A stretch of DNA of 64,000 nt. Origin: a virus. The stretch's first letter is position 1; the number at the start of each line of letters is the position of its first letter. Made by a program: the position numbers and the translations under genes. This document shows, piece after piece, positions 16,550 through 27,116 of this stretch. A model generated the notes under the pieces. That model was not told the DNA's origin, did not search any database, and saw nothing but the letters and a program-made list of their open reading frames with translations. Location: the IMG/VR virus record IMGVR_UViG_3300031695_000001; one strand, 5' to 3'.

Positions 16550-19500
16550 TTATCCTAACGCTAATACGTATTCTAATGCCAGCGACTCTGCATCACCAAA
16601 ACTTATGCCGCCGCTTGAGCCTGCAACGGATACCCAGTTAGTTCCGTTATATAATTCTACTCTAGCCGCTTGTGTGTTATATCTAGTCATTCCTAATTCA
16701 GAGCCACTTGGTGCTGGACGAGTGGCATCTGTGCCTACCGGAATAACTATTCCTTTTGTTCCTCCAAACTTAAAATATCCACTGCCTGTGTTCTCAAAAA
16801 CAGTATTAGAATTAGAAACTGTATTTTTAATAATATTGTTTTTAATACTAAAGTTATCTATTACAACACTACCAGTGCCGTTAGCAAGTAAGTTTAAGTC
16901 TGTGTTAGTACTTATCGTTGTGATAGTACTGCTGTCAATTTCTATATCTGCAACTTCTAACTTGTTTGTAACAAACTTAGTTGCTTCTAAACTAGCAGTT
17001 AGTGTGCCTGCATTATAAAATCTAATAATATTGTCATTTGCACCAGGAGTATTTTCCGCTGTTATCTTAGTGTCGCCGTCTTGGTCTTCAAGTTTTGTAC
17101 TTAACTCTACCCAGCTACCGTTATACCCTTCAAACTTATTAGTAGTAGTGTTGTATCGTGTCATGCCTGTTACAGGACTAGCGTTCCGTTGGGCTGTTGT
17201 ACCTTTTGGAAGTAGCATACTATCAGTACTGTTAACTTGCAGTATACCTGATGCTGGAGTTAATACCATATCTCCATCTGTGCTTAACACGTTTGTATTG
17301 AAACTAAAGTTTCCAGTAACAACACTACCGCTGCCGTTTGCACGTAGTTCTAAATCACTGTTACTTGTGGTAGTAGTAATAAAGTTATCATCAATTAGTA
17401 TATCACCAGTTGTAAAGCTGTTTGCTGTAATCTTGCCTGTGCTATCTAATTGGGTAAGTGTAACTGTTCCGTTAACTGTAAGATCTTTTGTAATAACAAC
17501 ATTGTTAGTCGGAACTAAAATAGTACCAGTGCCATTTGCACGTAGTTCTAAATTACTGTTTGATGCAGTAGTAGTAATAAAGTTATCATCGATTCTTATG
17601 TCTTCAAAGTCAGCAATTCCTGTTACAGACAATATTCCAGTTATGGTTGCATTGTTTGCATTAAACCCACTAGTTGATTGTACATTTGCAAAGTTAGTTG
17701 TTCCGTTAATCTGTAAGTTGTTTGTAATAACAACATTGTCATTAGGAATAACAACACGGCCTGTGCCATTTGCTTTAAGTTCTAAATCACTGTTAGATAA
17801 TGTAGTAGTAATAATGTTGTCGTTAATTTGAATATCTTCAAAATCAATCTGACCGTTAATTGTCATAGTGTCATTTACTACAATGTTTCCAGTAGTAATA
17901 TTTTCAGCAGTTACTGAGTCTAATACAGTATTACCACTTACTGTTAAATTGTTATCGATTACAACATTACTTGATGCTACTCTAACAACTCCAGTACCTG
18001 CCGCTTCTAGTTCTAAATCACTATTAGTATCAGTTGTTCTTAACAAGTTTCCTGTAATTTGTATATTTTCAAAAAACGCTTGTCCTAAAATAGACGTTGT
18101 ACCGCTTACATTTAAGTTACCTGTAATAGTTGCAGTTTCACTAACGTTTAAGTTCCGTGGAGTAAATGCTCCTAATACATTTAAATTTTGTTCAATAACA
18201 AGATTGTTACTTGGCAACCTAATAACACCGGTGCCATTTGCTCTAAGTTCTAAATCACTATTAGTATCTGTTGTGCTAATGATGTTATCGTCAATTTGTA
18301 TGTTTTCAAATTGGAACGCTCCATTAACTGTTAGTGTATTAACGTTTAAACTATTTGCACTAATATTTCCGCTTGCTGTAAGACTAGCAAGAGTAGTTGT
18401 TCCTGCAACACTAATGTTTCCTGTAACTGCTAAATTGCTACTAGGAATAGTAACATCACCTGTACCAGACGTACCTAGTTCTAAATCACTATTAGTATCA
18501 GTTGTGCTAATTGTATTATTTTGAATGTTAATATTTTCAAAACTTGCTTGGCCTGCAATAGTTACTCCGCCGGACACATTTAAGTCTCCTGTTACAGTAG
18601 TTACTCCTGATGTTTGGATTATGTTGCCAGCTACTTGTAAATCATTTTGCGCAACTACGTTTCCAGCAAATGTTGCAGTGGAATCAAACTGTGTTGTTCC
18701 GCTAACTGTAAAGTTGTTACTAGGTATTGAAACTGTTCCAGTGCCGTTTGCACTTAATTCTAAATCACTATTACTATCACTAGTGCGAATTCTGTTTCCA
18801 GTAATATTAATATTATCTAAGTCTAATTCATTTGCATAAATCTGATTCCAACGTTTAGTTACTGATCCTAAGTTATAAGTTGCAGTTATATTTGGTGTTA
18901 CATTACTATCTATGTCACCAGTAAATTGAATACTGTCTGTGTCAGCATCGCCAATCGTAATATCACCGCCGATAGTAACGTTTCCTGTTACGTCTAAGTT
19001 TCCAGTTATGCTAGTGTTGTCAGCAAGTATTATACTCCCTGATACACTTGATATTGTCATGTCTGTTGTAAGAGTTTTTATTGTACTGCCCTGGATTCTA
19101 AAGTCTCCAGTTTCAATTTTAGTACCATCAATAAATGTAGTATCACTACCTGTTTGGAACGTTAATCCATTAGTAGTAATAACTTCTAAGTTCGCTGTGT
19201 TAAATTGCACTTGCCCAGTTTCCTGGTCAACAAAGAATGCATCGCCAACTCTAAAGTCACCTCTATGGTCAACACTAGTAAAATGCACTTTAGCTGAGTT
19301 AGCTTCAACAACTTCATTTGCTTGTACAACTGTTGAATTATCATTATCAACTGCTTTGCCGTTACCTATGTATGCAAAGTTTTGCCCAACTAGGTATATT
19401 TTTACACCTGGGCCGTCACCGTATGCTCCGTGTGTACCATATACGTTTGCGCTACCAATTGCTCTAAGTTCGCCGCCAAAGTCAGATACATCAAACAAGT

Positions 19501-21679
19501 CGATAAAGTTAGCAGTTGCTCCTCCACTAAATTCTATATTTTGTGCAATTTTAACATCTTCTTCAAACTTAACAGCCGCATTCACTCCGTCGAAGTGTGA
19601 TAAGAACTTTGTTTCTGCGTCACCAATAAGTGCGGCACTAGCAACAGTAAATCCTGCATCTGATGAGTATCTTGAACTTTTGCTAATTCTAACATCGTCA
19701 ATGTATCCACCTACTGCTGTTTCGCCAGCAAAGGTTGCACCTATTCTTACAGGCTTACTTGTTCCATAATTATTGTTGTCGAGTATTGCAGTACCAATCT
19801 TAGTACCGTCTAAGTATAATTTAGTTGTGTTCGCCAGTCTACTTACAGCAATATGATGCCATGTATTTGCAGATAATGTTCCGCCTGTAATTCGCGTTAC
19901 GTCTGCTACATTAAATTTAAGTGTAGTACCGTCAACCAATAATGTTGGAGTAATGTCTGATACTAGTCCTGCACGTAAATCAAATACTGTTTGTATTCCA
20001 CTTACTGCACTCAATCTAATAAAACATTCTAATGTAAAGTCGCCTGTACCAAATCCAAAGTCGTCATTGGCGCTCATACTTATATAGTCACCAGTTCCGT
20101 CTAATAGTAAACTAGCACTACCAAACTTCTTTTGTGCGGTACTTAGCTGTGCATTACCAACTGCACTTTGATTCTTTGCTTGGCGTGTTGTAACCTCAGA
20201 TACGCCTGCAAGTTTTCCAGCTATATAAAACTTACCGTCTGCGTCTTTACTAGCAATTGTTCCTGTACCTAGTACACTACTTCCGTCGATACTTTTTAAA
20301 GTAAACGTTTCGGCTGCCGCAAATGATCCTGTTAATCCGTTTACTCTTATTGCAGTTCTACCTGCATTTTTTAAGCCTGCTGATCCATCAACTGCATATA
20401 ATCCTTTTGAAGCAAAGTAAGTAAACGAGTTTAACCATTCAACTCGTGTTCCGTTAGTTATTGAAAGTCCGTTAACACCCGGAGTAATAAATGTTACTGC
20501 ATGAAATAAACAGCCTGCTTCTTTACTAGTTGCGTGTGCTACTTGTCCGTCTAAGTATGCTCCGCAACCTGCATCTCCTTGATCAAATCCTCTAGGATCG
20601 CCTGAGCTAACAACTGACCCTGCTGTTATTACACTTACATTTCTAATATAAGGGCTTCTAGAAGTTACTGTAATATTAGTTGCAAATTTAAATGCGTAAC
20701 CTTCGTTTGCGCCGCTATTGAAAAAGAAGTCTTTAACAGTTAAATCTTCAACAGTAACTTCGCCATTGAGTAAAAATGCATCATTGTTATTAGTGCCCAC
20801 TGTAGGTGTAATATTAACAGTACGCATACTGTGGCCTTTAACAGTTACACCTGCTGGAATAGTCATAGGAAATACTTCTACATAATCTCCTGGATATATA
20901 TGAATTGTATCACCGGCTGTTGCAAGTGTTAATGCCTTTGTTATTGTAAGTACCGGGTTGTTTTGATGCAGACCTGCGTTTGAATCATTGCCACCCTTTG
21001 CTACATAATAAATGTTATCGTGTGTTAATCCTAAATTAACATTTCCAACATTTAATGTAGTTGAATTGATATTAGTAGCAGTAACCGTAGTTGCCCAAAC
21101 GTTATCCCACCGCTTTGCTGTGCTACCTAAATTGTATGTGTTGTTTGCATCTGGAATAACATCACTAGCTATTTCAGCGTTAATAGTAATGTTATCAGTA
21201 TTTGCATCACCTAATGTAATGTTGCCGTTTGCTGTAATATTACCAGTTGCATGTAAGTTACCAGTTACATTTGTGTTAGCTAATAGCTCAATGGTTCCTG
21301 TGCCGTTTGCATCAATTTCTAAATTAGCATTAGACTCGTTTGTAGAAATAGTATTTCCTACAAGAGTCATCGAATCAATAGTTAATCTGTTTTGATATAT
21401 AACTTCGTCAGCAGTACCTAATAATAAGTTGCCGTTAGGGTTAGTAATTGAATTGCCGCTGAGTTGAATTGTACCAACTGTTAGTGTTCCGGATGCCCTT
21501 AGATTAGTAGCGTTAAGTGTTCCTGCTACGTCTAAATCATATTGAGGAGTTGCTGTGTTAACACCAATGCGACTGTTGTTAACATCTAGATATAATAAGT
21601 CCGTCTCAAATGCTAAGTCTACCCCGTTTCGAACGAGATTTGACTTTAAGAGCGGACCGGATATGCGACCTACAGCCAT
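16550..21679 (-). CDS. Giant repeat-rich fibre protein (1709 aa) with pectin-lyase-like and LamG/ConA-like domains
   Basis: ~9 copies of I-x-I-x2-N-x-I-x-T-x3-N-x-[DN]LEL-x-ANGTG. LamG signature: FGTGDFTLECFI...WHHIAVSR...LYLDG...GYIDDVRISK. Two P-x-GT-x-A-x-R...RYNT motifs. Confidence 0.75.
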   Translation of the reverse strand: MAVGRISGPLLKSNLVRNGVDLAFETDLLYLDVNNSRIGVNTATPQYDLDVAGTLNATNLRASGTLTVGTIQLSGNSITNPNGNLLLGTADEVIYQNRLTIDSMTLVGNTISTNESNANLEIDANGTGTIELLANTNVTGNLHATGNITANGNITLGDANTDNITINAEIASDVIPDANNTYNLGSTAKRWDNVWATTVTATNINSTTLNVGNVNLGLTHDNIYYVAKGGNDSNAGLHQNNPVLTITKALTLATAGDTIHIYPGDYVEVFPMTIPAGVTVKGHSMRTVNITPTVGTNNNDAFLLNGEVTVEDLTVKDFFFNSGANEGYAFKFATNITVTSRSPYIRNVSVITAGSVVSSGDPRGFDQGDAGCGAYLDGQVAHATSKEAGCLFHAVTFITPGVNGLSITNGTRVEWLNSFTYFASKGLYAVDGSAGLKNAGRTAIRVNGLTGSFAAAETFTLKSIDGSSVLGTGTIASKDADGKFYIAGKLAGVSEVTTRQAKNQSAVGNAQLSTAQKKFGSASLLLDGTGDYISMSANDDFGFGTGDFTLECFIRLSAVSGIQTVFDLRAGLVSDITPTLLVDGTTLKFNVADVTRITGGTLSANTWHHIAVSRLANTTKLYLDGTKIGTAILDNNNYGTSKPVRIGATFAGETAVGGYIDDVRISKSSRYSSDAGFTVASAALIGDAETKFLSHFDGVNAAVKFEEDVKIAQNIEFSGGATANFIDLFDVSDFGGELRAIGSANVYGTHGAYGDGPGVKIYLVGQNFAYIGNGKAVDNDNSTVVQANEVVEANSAKVHFTSVDHRGDFRVGDAFFVDQETGQVQFNTANLEVITTNGLTFQTGSDTTFIDGTKIETGDFRIQGSTIKTLTTDMTISSVSGSIILADNTSITGNLDVTGNVTIGGDITIGDADTDSIQFTGDIDSNVTPNITATYNLGSVTKRWNQIYANELDLDNINITGNRIRTSDSNSDLELSANGTGTVSIPSNNFTVSGTTQFDSTATFAGNVVAQNDLQVAGNIIQTSGVTTVTGDLNVSGGVTIAGQASFENINIQNNTISTTDTNSDLELGTSGTGDVTIPSSNLAVTGNISVAGTTTLASLTASGNISANSLNVNTLTVNGAFQFENIQIDDNIISTTDTNSDLELRANGTGVIRLPSNNLVIEQNLNVLGAFTPRNLNVSETATITGNLNVSGTTSILGQAFFENIQITGNLLRTTDTNSDLELEAAGTGVVRVASSNVVIDNNLTVSGNTVLDSVTAENITTGNIVVNDTMTINGQIDFEDIQINDNIITTTLSNSDLELKANGTGRVVIPNDNVVITNNLQINGTTNFANVQSTSGFNANNATITGILSVTGIADFEDIRIDDNFITTTASNSNLELRANGTGTILVPTNNVVITKDLTVNGTVTLTQLDSTGKITANSFTTGDILIDDNFITTTTSNSDLELRANGSGSVVTGNFSFNTNVLSTDGDMVLTPASGILQVNSTDSMLLPKGTTAQRNASPVTGMTRYNTTTNKFEGYNGSWVELSTKLEDQDGDTKITAENTPGANDNIIRFYNAGTLTASLEATKFVTNKLEVADIEIDSSTITTISTNTDLNLLANGTGSVVIDNFSIKNNIIKNTVSNSNTVFENTGSGYFKFGGTKGIVIPVGTDATRPAPSGSELGMTRYNTQAARVELYNGTNWVSVAGSSGGISFGDAESLALEYVLALG
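17330..18810 (-). repeat. Tandem ~231-237-bp coding repeats
   Basis: AGTTCTAAATCACT recurs near 17346, 17779, 18009, 18246 and 18477, with variants near 17545 and 18756; central spacing is 77-79 codons. Confidence 0.8.
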
Positions 21680-21787
21680 CTTAACTCCTTAATACGGGGA
21701 TCCTGTCCCTCTAGCCACCTTACGTTGCGGGCTAACCACAGTCTGATAACAACGATACATTTTAGGTCATATCTTTGTTATATAATG
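21680..21787 (-). promoter_or_regulatory. Structured 5' leader between a late promoter (CATAAATA, 21795-21788) and the 1709-aa fibre gene
   Basis: Three inverted repeats: ATAACAA/TTGTTAT (21746-21781), TAGCC/GGCTA (21712-21734), GGGA/TCCC (21697-21709). GC-rich relative to other intergenic DNA. Confidence 0.5.
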
Positions 21788-21816
21788 TATTTATGTGATT
21801 GTAGAATTTGTGGCTA

Positions 21817-24800
21817 CTAGCCAAATATGATAGTGTAAGTGTTTAACAAATCTTCCATATCACTTAATGATGCCGCACCGCCGCTTCCAACGGCTGTTGT
21901 CCAGGACACACCGGTAAACACTTCTAAGTAAGAAAGCTCAGTATTATATCGAGTATGTCCTCGTTCTGGTGATGGTTCTCTTTGAGCTGATGTACCAGAC
22001 GGAAATACCATTCCTTTGTTATCTGTAAATTTTGCATAGCCAGTCCCAGAGGCGTTATCAAAAGTAACTGCACCGCCATTATCAGCAATAAATTTATTAT
22101 CCTGAGCATGAAAGTCTCCAAACGTAACTCTAGCATGTCTAGCATCTAGTGTAAGATTTGTGTCTGTTCCAGTAACAGTAATATTGTTGTCTGATAGGGT
22201 TATTCCACTAAGTTCAACTTTGTTAAATTCAGTTTTATTATTACTAGTAAATTTAGAAACAATTGATCCGTTTACTTTAAAATTTAAGTCATTGCTAATA
22301 CCAAGTGTTGATAGTTCTATTCCTGTGTTAAGGTCATCTGACAATAATGCACTACTCAATACCCGACTAGTAGTTGGTCCGTATCCTACTACTTGATTTA
22401 CACTAGTGTTATATCTAATCGAACCAATTGTTTGTGATGCATTTTCTTGTGCAGTTGTACCCTTTGGAACTATCATTGACCCTGTTGTATTAATAGTTAG
22501 TACATCAGCTGGATCTAATTGTAAGTTGCCACTTGTGTTTGTAAAAACATTAGTTCCAAACGTTAGTCCATTATAATCAACAGTTCCGGTGCCATTTGCA
22601 TTAAGTTCTAAGTTGCTGTTACTAACCGTTGTTTCTATAAAGTTATCATTAATTTGTATGTTGCCAAGTACTTCAAGTGATCCTAAATCTACATCATTTT
22701 GTATATTAATGTTTGCCGCATATAGCTTGCCTGTTACTGTAATTCCGTTAGTTATCTCAACGTCTTCGTGCATTCTAACAGTGCCAGTACCGCTTGCACG
22801 TAACTCTAAATTAACATCGGTTGCTGTAGTTTTAATCGTGTTGCCACTTATTCTTACGTTATCAATTTGTACTGGAATTCCTGCACTACTTGTATTCAAA
22901 CTAGATACTGTAAGATTTACAGTATCAAAATCATTTGCAACAGATACAACACCAATAGTAGTTACACCATTAACAGTTAATCCGTTTTCAATAGTAACGT
23001 TGTCATTAAAGTTAACTACGCCAGTACCGTTTGCTCTAAGTTCTAAATTGGCATTTGAATCTTTTGTACTAATTACATTACCGCTTAAAGATATGCCTTC
23101 AAATATACTGCTACCAACACCTGTAATCCCAGTAGCAGTTATATTATTTGCAGTAAGTGTATTAGTTACTGTAGTCGATTGTAATGAAGTTTCTTTAGTT
23201 GTTGTTAAGTTATTACTAACAATAAAGTTTTCTTTAATCTTTACATTGCCTGTTCCAGTACCGCTTAATGTAAGATCACTGTTGCTTGAAGTTGTAGAAA
23301 TCTTGTTGCCACTAAGCATAATATCTTCAAATATAATTTGCTTATTTGTCGAGTTTAATGTTTGTACTATTAAGTTGTTAGCGCCTAAATTGTTTGTTGA
23401 TGTTGTAGCAACATTACTAGTTGTTGGTGTTATTACATCGCCTGCTAGTTCGACGTTATTTTTAAATCTAACACTGCCAGTTCCAGATGCCCTAAGCTCT
23501 AAGTCACTATTACTAGTAGTAGTTGATATCATGTTATCAGCAATAGCTACATTTTCTATAACAGCATCACCTGTGAGTGTAATGTTTTGTGAAAGGAATT
23601 CCTCTGCAATAACTGCATCGAGACCAGATACGTTTACTAAACTAAAACTAGCAACAGGTGCTATTAAGTCTCGGCCTAATACTAAATCTGCTAATACTCT
23701 AACTGTACCAGTGCCTGCTGGAACAATTTGTAAATTAGAACTAGCCGAAGTGCCTTGTAAAACATTTCCAGTAAATGACACATTATCAATTGCAACAAAT
23801 CCTTGTGCAGTTAATGTAGGTGCTGTTGTTGCTAGTAACGTTGCATTATTACTTGTAATATTATTAGCAACAGATACGTTACCAGTTACTCCGGCAGTAC
23901 TTGAAAATGTGTTTGTTGCTCCGGTAGTTTGAGTAAAGGTATTATAAAATCTAGCAGGTCCTACAATAGATACCGTGCCACTACCTGCGGCTTCTAGCTC
24001 TAATCCTGCGTTTGATAACGTAGTGGAAATACTATTTCCTGTTAGGTCAATAGTAGTAAGTACTGCATTGTGCCCTGTTACTTTATCCCAGCGTTTAGCA
24101 CTGCTACCAATTGTATAACTGTTTAAATTAGGAATTAAATTACCTTCAATGTCTGCATTAAAGTCAATCGTATCAGTGTCTGCATTTCCTAGTCTAATTA
24201 GTGTGCCGCCTAGTGTAACATTACCTGTTACGTTTAAATTGCCCTGCGCTATAGTATTACTAGTAAACGCAATATCGTCTGCATTTGCATCTAATTTTAA
24301 AGTGCCTACAATTGATTCCATTGTAGATCCTGAGAATCTAATAAAATCTGTTTCTACTTTTTCGCCTCTTAAACTAACAGATTGTCCGCCTGTCGATACT
24401 GATAATTTCTCAACACCACTAAAGTCAAAGTTAGTAGAATCAATTACAGTTTCTCCTGTCTCCTGATTTACTATTAAAGCAGATCCTACTCGATAAGTGC
24501 CGTCTTGGTCCATTGACGTAAATAATATATTAGCACTATTTAATTCAGTAACTTCGTTTGCAGGTACAACTAATGTCTTATCGTTACTTGTATCTTTGCC
24601 AGTACCAATATATCCAAAGTTATGATTTACTAAGTAGATTAAATTACTTGCGCCGTCAGCTTCGATACCTTTAGTGCCGTATACATTTGCACTACCAATA
24701 CATCGTATTTCTGCGCCAAACTTTACACCTTGTCCTGCTTGCCCAGTAGACCCTTGTTCAGCTTTAATTCCAATTGATGCAAAGTAAGCAAACGAATTTA

Positions 24801-26061
24801 ACCATTCAATCCTTACACCGTTTCTTGCTGTTAATCCTTGTTGTCCTGGAGTAATAAATGTTGCCGCATGGAATAACATACCTGCTTCTTTAGATACTGT
24901 TGTAACACTTGCTCCGTCAACTAACGCTCCGCGTCCTGCATCTCCTTGATCAAACCCTCTAGGATCTCCTGCACTTGTTACACTACCTTTAGTAATAACT
25001 GTACAGTTTCTAATATAAGGACTTCGTGATGTTACTACAGAACTTGCTTTATATCTAAATCCATAACCAGTATCAGCACCACTATTATAATAGAAGTCTT
25101 TAACAGTTAAGTTTTCAATAGTCACTTCACCGTTAACTAAAAATGCATCATTAGACTCAGTTGCTCCAGTTGGTGTAATAATAACATTGCGCATATCTTG
25201 TCCAGTTATTGTTACATTTACTGGTACAGTTAAAGGAAACGTTTCTACATAAGTTCCTGGAGATATGTGTATAGTATCGCCCGAGGATACTAATGTTAAT
25301 GCCTTTGTTAATGTTAATACAGGATCTAATTGATGGTCGCCTGTAAATGTGTTGTTACCATTTTTAGCAACATAGTATATATTACCTTGTCTGTTAGTAA
25401 TGTTAACACCGTTAACTATTGCTGTAGTTCCGGTAATATCAGTTGCTGTTACATCGTCTGCCCAAACGTTTGCCCAGCGTCTACTAGTACTGCCTAAATT
25501 ATATGTTGCTGTTACATCTGGAATAACATCACTTACAAGCTCTCCTGTAAATGTTAAATCGTCATCGCCGTCGTTACCAATTGTAATTGATCCGTCTGAA
25601 GTTATAGTTCCACTAGCTTGAATATTACCAGTAACATTTGTGTTTGTTAGAAACTCAATAGTTCCAGAAGCGTTTGGATCAAATTCTATACTTGCGTTAC
25701 TTAGGTAACTGTATATTTTGTTGTCGCGAAGTAATAGTTGATCAGTGCCTATACCAGTTGCAACTACTCCAGTACTCCCTGAAAGTGTTATTGCTCCGCT
25801 TAATGCTGTAAATCCTGTAGGTCTAAATTGTAAGTTTCCAATAGCAACAGTAGTTTGTGACCGTAAGTTTGTAGCACTTGCTGTGCCAGTAATAGATAAA
25901 TCTTGTGACGGGGCAGTTGTGTTGACACCAATTTTGTTATTAACTACGTCAAGTTTAAGAACAGGAGTACTAGCACTTAAATTTCTAAAATCTAAGTTAA
26001 CATTTTGTCTTAGAAGATCGTCCTCTAAGACTTGCCCGCTTATTCTTCCTAATTGACTCAT
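21817..26061 (-). CDS. Giant repeat-rich fibre protein (1414 aa), paralog of 16550-21679 lacking the LamG insert
   Basis: Shared N-terminus (GRISG), RSPYIRN/GDPRGFDQGDAG/EWLNSF blocks and ~9 NS[DN]LEL-x-A-x-GTG repeats. Confidence 0.75.
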   Translation of the reverse strand: MSQLGRISGQVLEDDLLRQNVNLDFRNLSASTPVLKLDVVNNKIGVNTTAPSQDLSITGTASATNLRSQTTVAIGNLQFRPTGFTALSGAITLSGSTGVVATGIGTDQLLLRDNKIYSYLSNASIEFDPNASGTIEFLTNTNVTGNIQASGTITSDGSITIGNDGDDDLTFTGELVSDVIPDVTATYNLGSTSRRWANVWADDVTATDITGTTAIVNGVNITNRQGNIYYVAKNGNNTFTGDHQLDPVLTLTKALTLVSSGDTIHISPGTYVETFPLTVPVNVTITGQDMRNVIITPTGATESNDAFLVNGEVTIENLTVKDFYYNSGADTGYGFRYKASSVVTSRSPYIRNCTVITKGSVTSAGDPRGFDQGDAGRGALVDGASVTTVSKEAGMLFHAATFITPGQQGLTARNGVRIEWLNSFAYFASIGIKAEQGSTGQAGQGVKFGAEIRCIGSANVYGTKGIEADGASNLIYLVNHNFGYIGTGKDTSNDKTLVVPANEVTELNSANILFTSMDQDGTYRVGSALIVNQETGETVIDSTNFDFSGVEKLSVSTGGQSVSLRGEKVETDFIRFSGSTMESIVGTLKLDANADDIAFTSNTIAQGNLNVTGNVTLGGTLIRLGNADTDTIDFNADIEGNLIPNLNSYTIGSSAKRWDKVTGHNAVLTTIDLTGNSISTTLSNAGLELEAAGSGTVSIVGPARFYNTFTQTTGATNTFSSTAGVTGNVSVANNITSNNATLLATTAPTLTAQGFVAIDNVSFTGNVLQGTSASSNLQIVPAGTGTVRVLADLVLGRDLIAPVASFSLVNVSGLDAVIAEEFLSQNITLTGDAVIENVAIADNMISTTTSNSDLELRASGTGSVRFKNNVELAGDVITPTTSNVATTSTNNLGANNLIVQTLNSTNKQIIFEDIMLSGNKISTTSSNSDLTLSGTGTGNVKIKENFIVSNNLTTTKETSLQSTTVTNTLTANNITATGITGVGSSIFEGISLSGNVISTKDSNANLELRANGTGVVNFNDNVTIENGLTVNGVTTIGVVSVANDFDTVNLTVSSLNTSSAGIPVQIDNVRISGNTIKTTATDVNLELRASGTGTVRMHEDVEITNGITVTGKLYAANINIQNDVDLGSLEVLGNIQINDNFIETTVSNSNLELNANGTGTVDYNGLTFGTNVFTNTSGNLQLDPADVLTINTTGSMIVPKGTTAQENASQTIGSIRYNTSVNQVVGYGPTTSRVLSSALLSDDLNTGIELSTLGISNDLNFKVNGSIVSKFTSNNKTEFNKVELSGITLSDNNITVTGTDTNLTLDARHARVTFGDFHAQDNKFIADNGGAVTFDNASGTGYAKFTDNKGMVFPSGTSAQREPSPERGHTRYNTELSYLEVFTGVSWTTAVGSGGAASLSDMEDLLNTYTIIFG

Positions 26062-26083
26062 ATCTATCCCTTACTTGTTACAG

Positions 26084-26090
26084 TATTTAG
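26084..26090 (-). promoter_or_regulatory. Late promoter (CTAAATA)
   Basis: TAAATA core 23 nt upstream of the ATG at 26061, just past a terminator. Confidence 0.6.
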
Positions 26091-26094
26091 TCGT

Positions 26095-26119
26095 AAAAAA
26101 AGGCACACTCGGTGCCTTT
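26095..26119 (-). terminator. Intrinsic terminator
   Basis: AAAGGCAC-N5-GTGCCTTT stem running into a T-tract on the minus strand, downstream of 26145-27098. Confidence 0.8.
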
Positions 26120-26144
26120 CATTATATACATTTAAATGTATTTT

Positions 26145-27098
26145 TTAGTTTTCGACATACTTAATACGTGCCGCGCCGTTACCGCCTCGGTGTCCACTAT
26201 CTCTAACTCCTGGACACGGTATGGCTGCTGGGCCGCCTGCACCGTAAGGAACATACTGGGTACAACCGTTCATCTGGTAGCAACCACATGATCTGTTACC
26301 CATCCAACACGAACCGTGATACACGCCCTTGTCTGGATTTTTGCTCATTGCATTGAGTGCATTTACATACTGGTGAATTCCTTGTCCTGACCAGTTAGAG
26401 TAAGGATTGTCTGTTTCGATAGCGTATGTTACAGTTCCGCCTTCTTTAGAAAACATGTTTGCTGGTAGTGCCGCATGGTAATAGAACATACATAAACAAG
26501 TGACATAACAGCCTAAGAAACTTGCACAACTAATACGTCCACAGCAATTAACATCGCCGTTGTACGCACACGCAATGTGTCCGCCATCGTACATACATAC
26601 TAGACCGCAGTTTGGACCTGTGTTTGTCGCGCAATATCCGTTAGCACGTAAGCAACAATACAGTGATGGTGTTGTTGAGCAAAAAGAAGTTCCGCTTCTG
26701 CCGCCTTGCGCACACAAACAACCGTTTGTACTTGAGCTAAACCAACACATTGCTGAGTTTGAACTACATCCTCTGTTACAAAGACCGTCTGCATTACCGC
26801 ACGATTTACCAAGACAGCCGCATGTATAATTTCCGCTTGTTACGTTGAATGATTTATTAGTATAAGCTCCTGCGTTGCCTGGTAAGCCTCCGCCACAGCA
26901 ACACATCTTGCTGCCACTACCGCCTGCTCCCCAAAGCTCTGCTAATACTGTTCCGTTTCCTGGAGCAATCCAACAATAACCGTTGCACAAGCAAGTATAC
27001 ATCTGCCCATTGTCAAACGACCATATTTTACCTTTTTCTAGGTTGACTTCAGCGGCACTGAAGTTCTTGCTACCTAGTAATGTCTTTAACGATGCCAT
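26145..27098 (-). CDS. Cys/Gly-rich virion protein, paralog 3
   Basis: 317 aa, ~32 Cys, colinear with 2498-3457 and 3466-4422. Has its own late promoter (GATAAATA, 27125-27118) and terminator. Confidence 0.6.
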   Translation of the reverse strand: MASLKTLLGSKNFSAAEVNLEKGKIWSFDNGQMYTCLCNGYCWIAPGNGTVLAELWGAGGSGSKMCCCGGGLPGNAGAYTNKSFNVTSGNYTCGCLGKSCGNADGLCNRGCSSNSAMCWFSSSTNGCLCAQGGRSGTSFCSTTPSLYCCLRANGYCATNTGPNCGLVCMYDGGHIACAYNGDVNCCGRISCASFLGCYVTCLCMFYYHAALPANMFSKEGGTVTYAIETDNPYSNWSGQGIHQYVNALNAMSKNPDKGVYHGSCWMGNRSCGCYQMNGCTQYVPYGAGGPAAIPCPGVRDSGHRGGNGAARIKYVEN

Positions 27099-27116
27099 GC
27101 ACGTATCTCCTTACAA

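Noticed and set aside
17031-26056. Long plus-strand ORFs in the track (e.g. 22589-23932, 447 aa; 18939-19769; 17031-17831)
   Set aside because: Antisense shadows of the Thr/Asn/Gly-rich fibre genes, with no RBS or recognisable motifs. The same applies to the other short ORFs opposite real genes.
2498-27098. Diversity-generating retroelement acting on the Cys-rich or fibre paralogs
   Set aside because: No reverse transcriptase in the window and no template/variable repeat pair with adenine-specific differences noticed.
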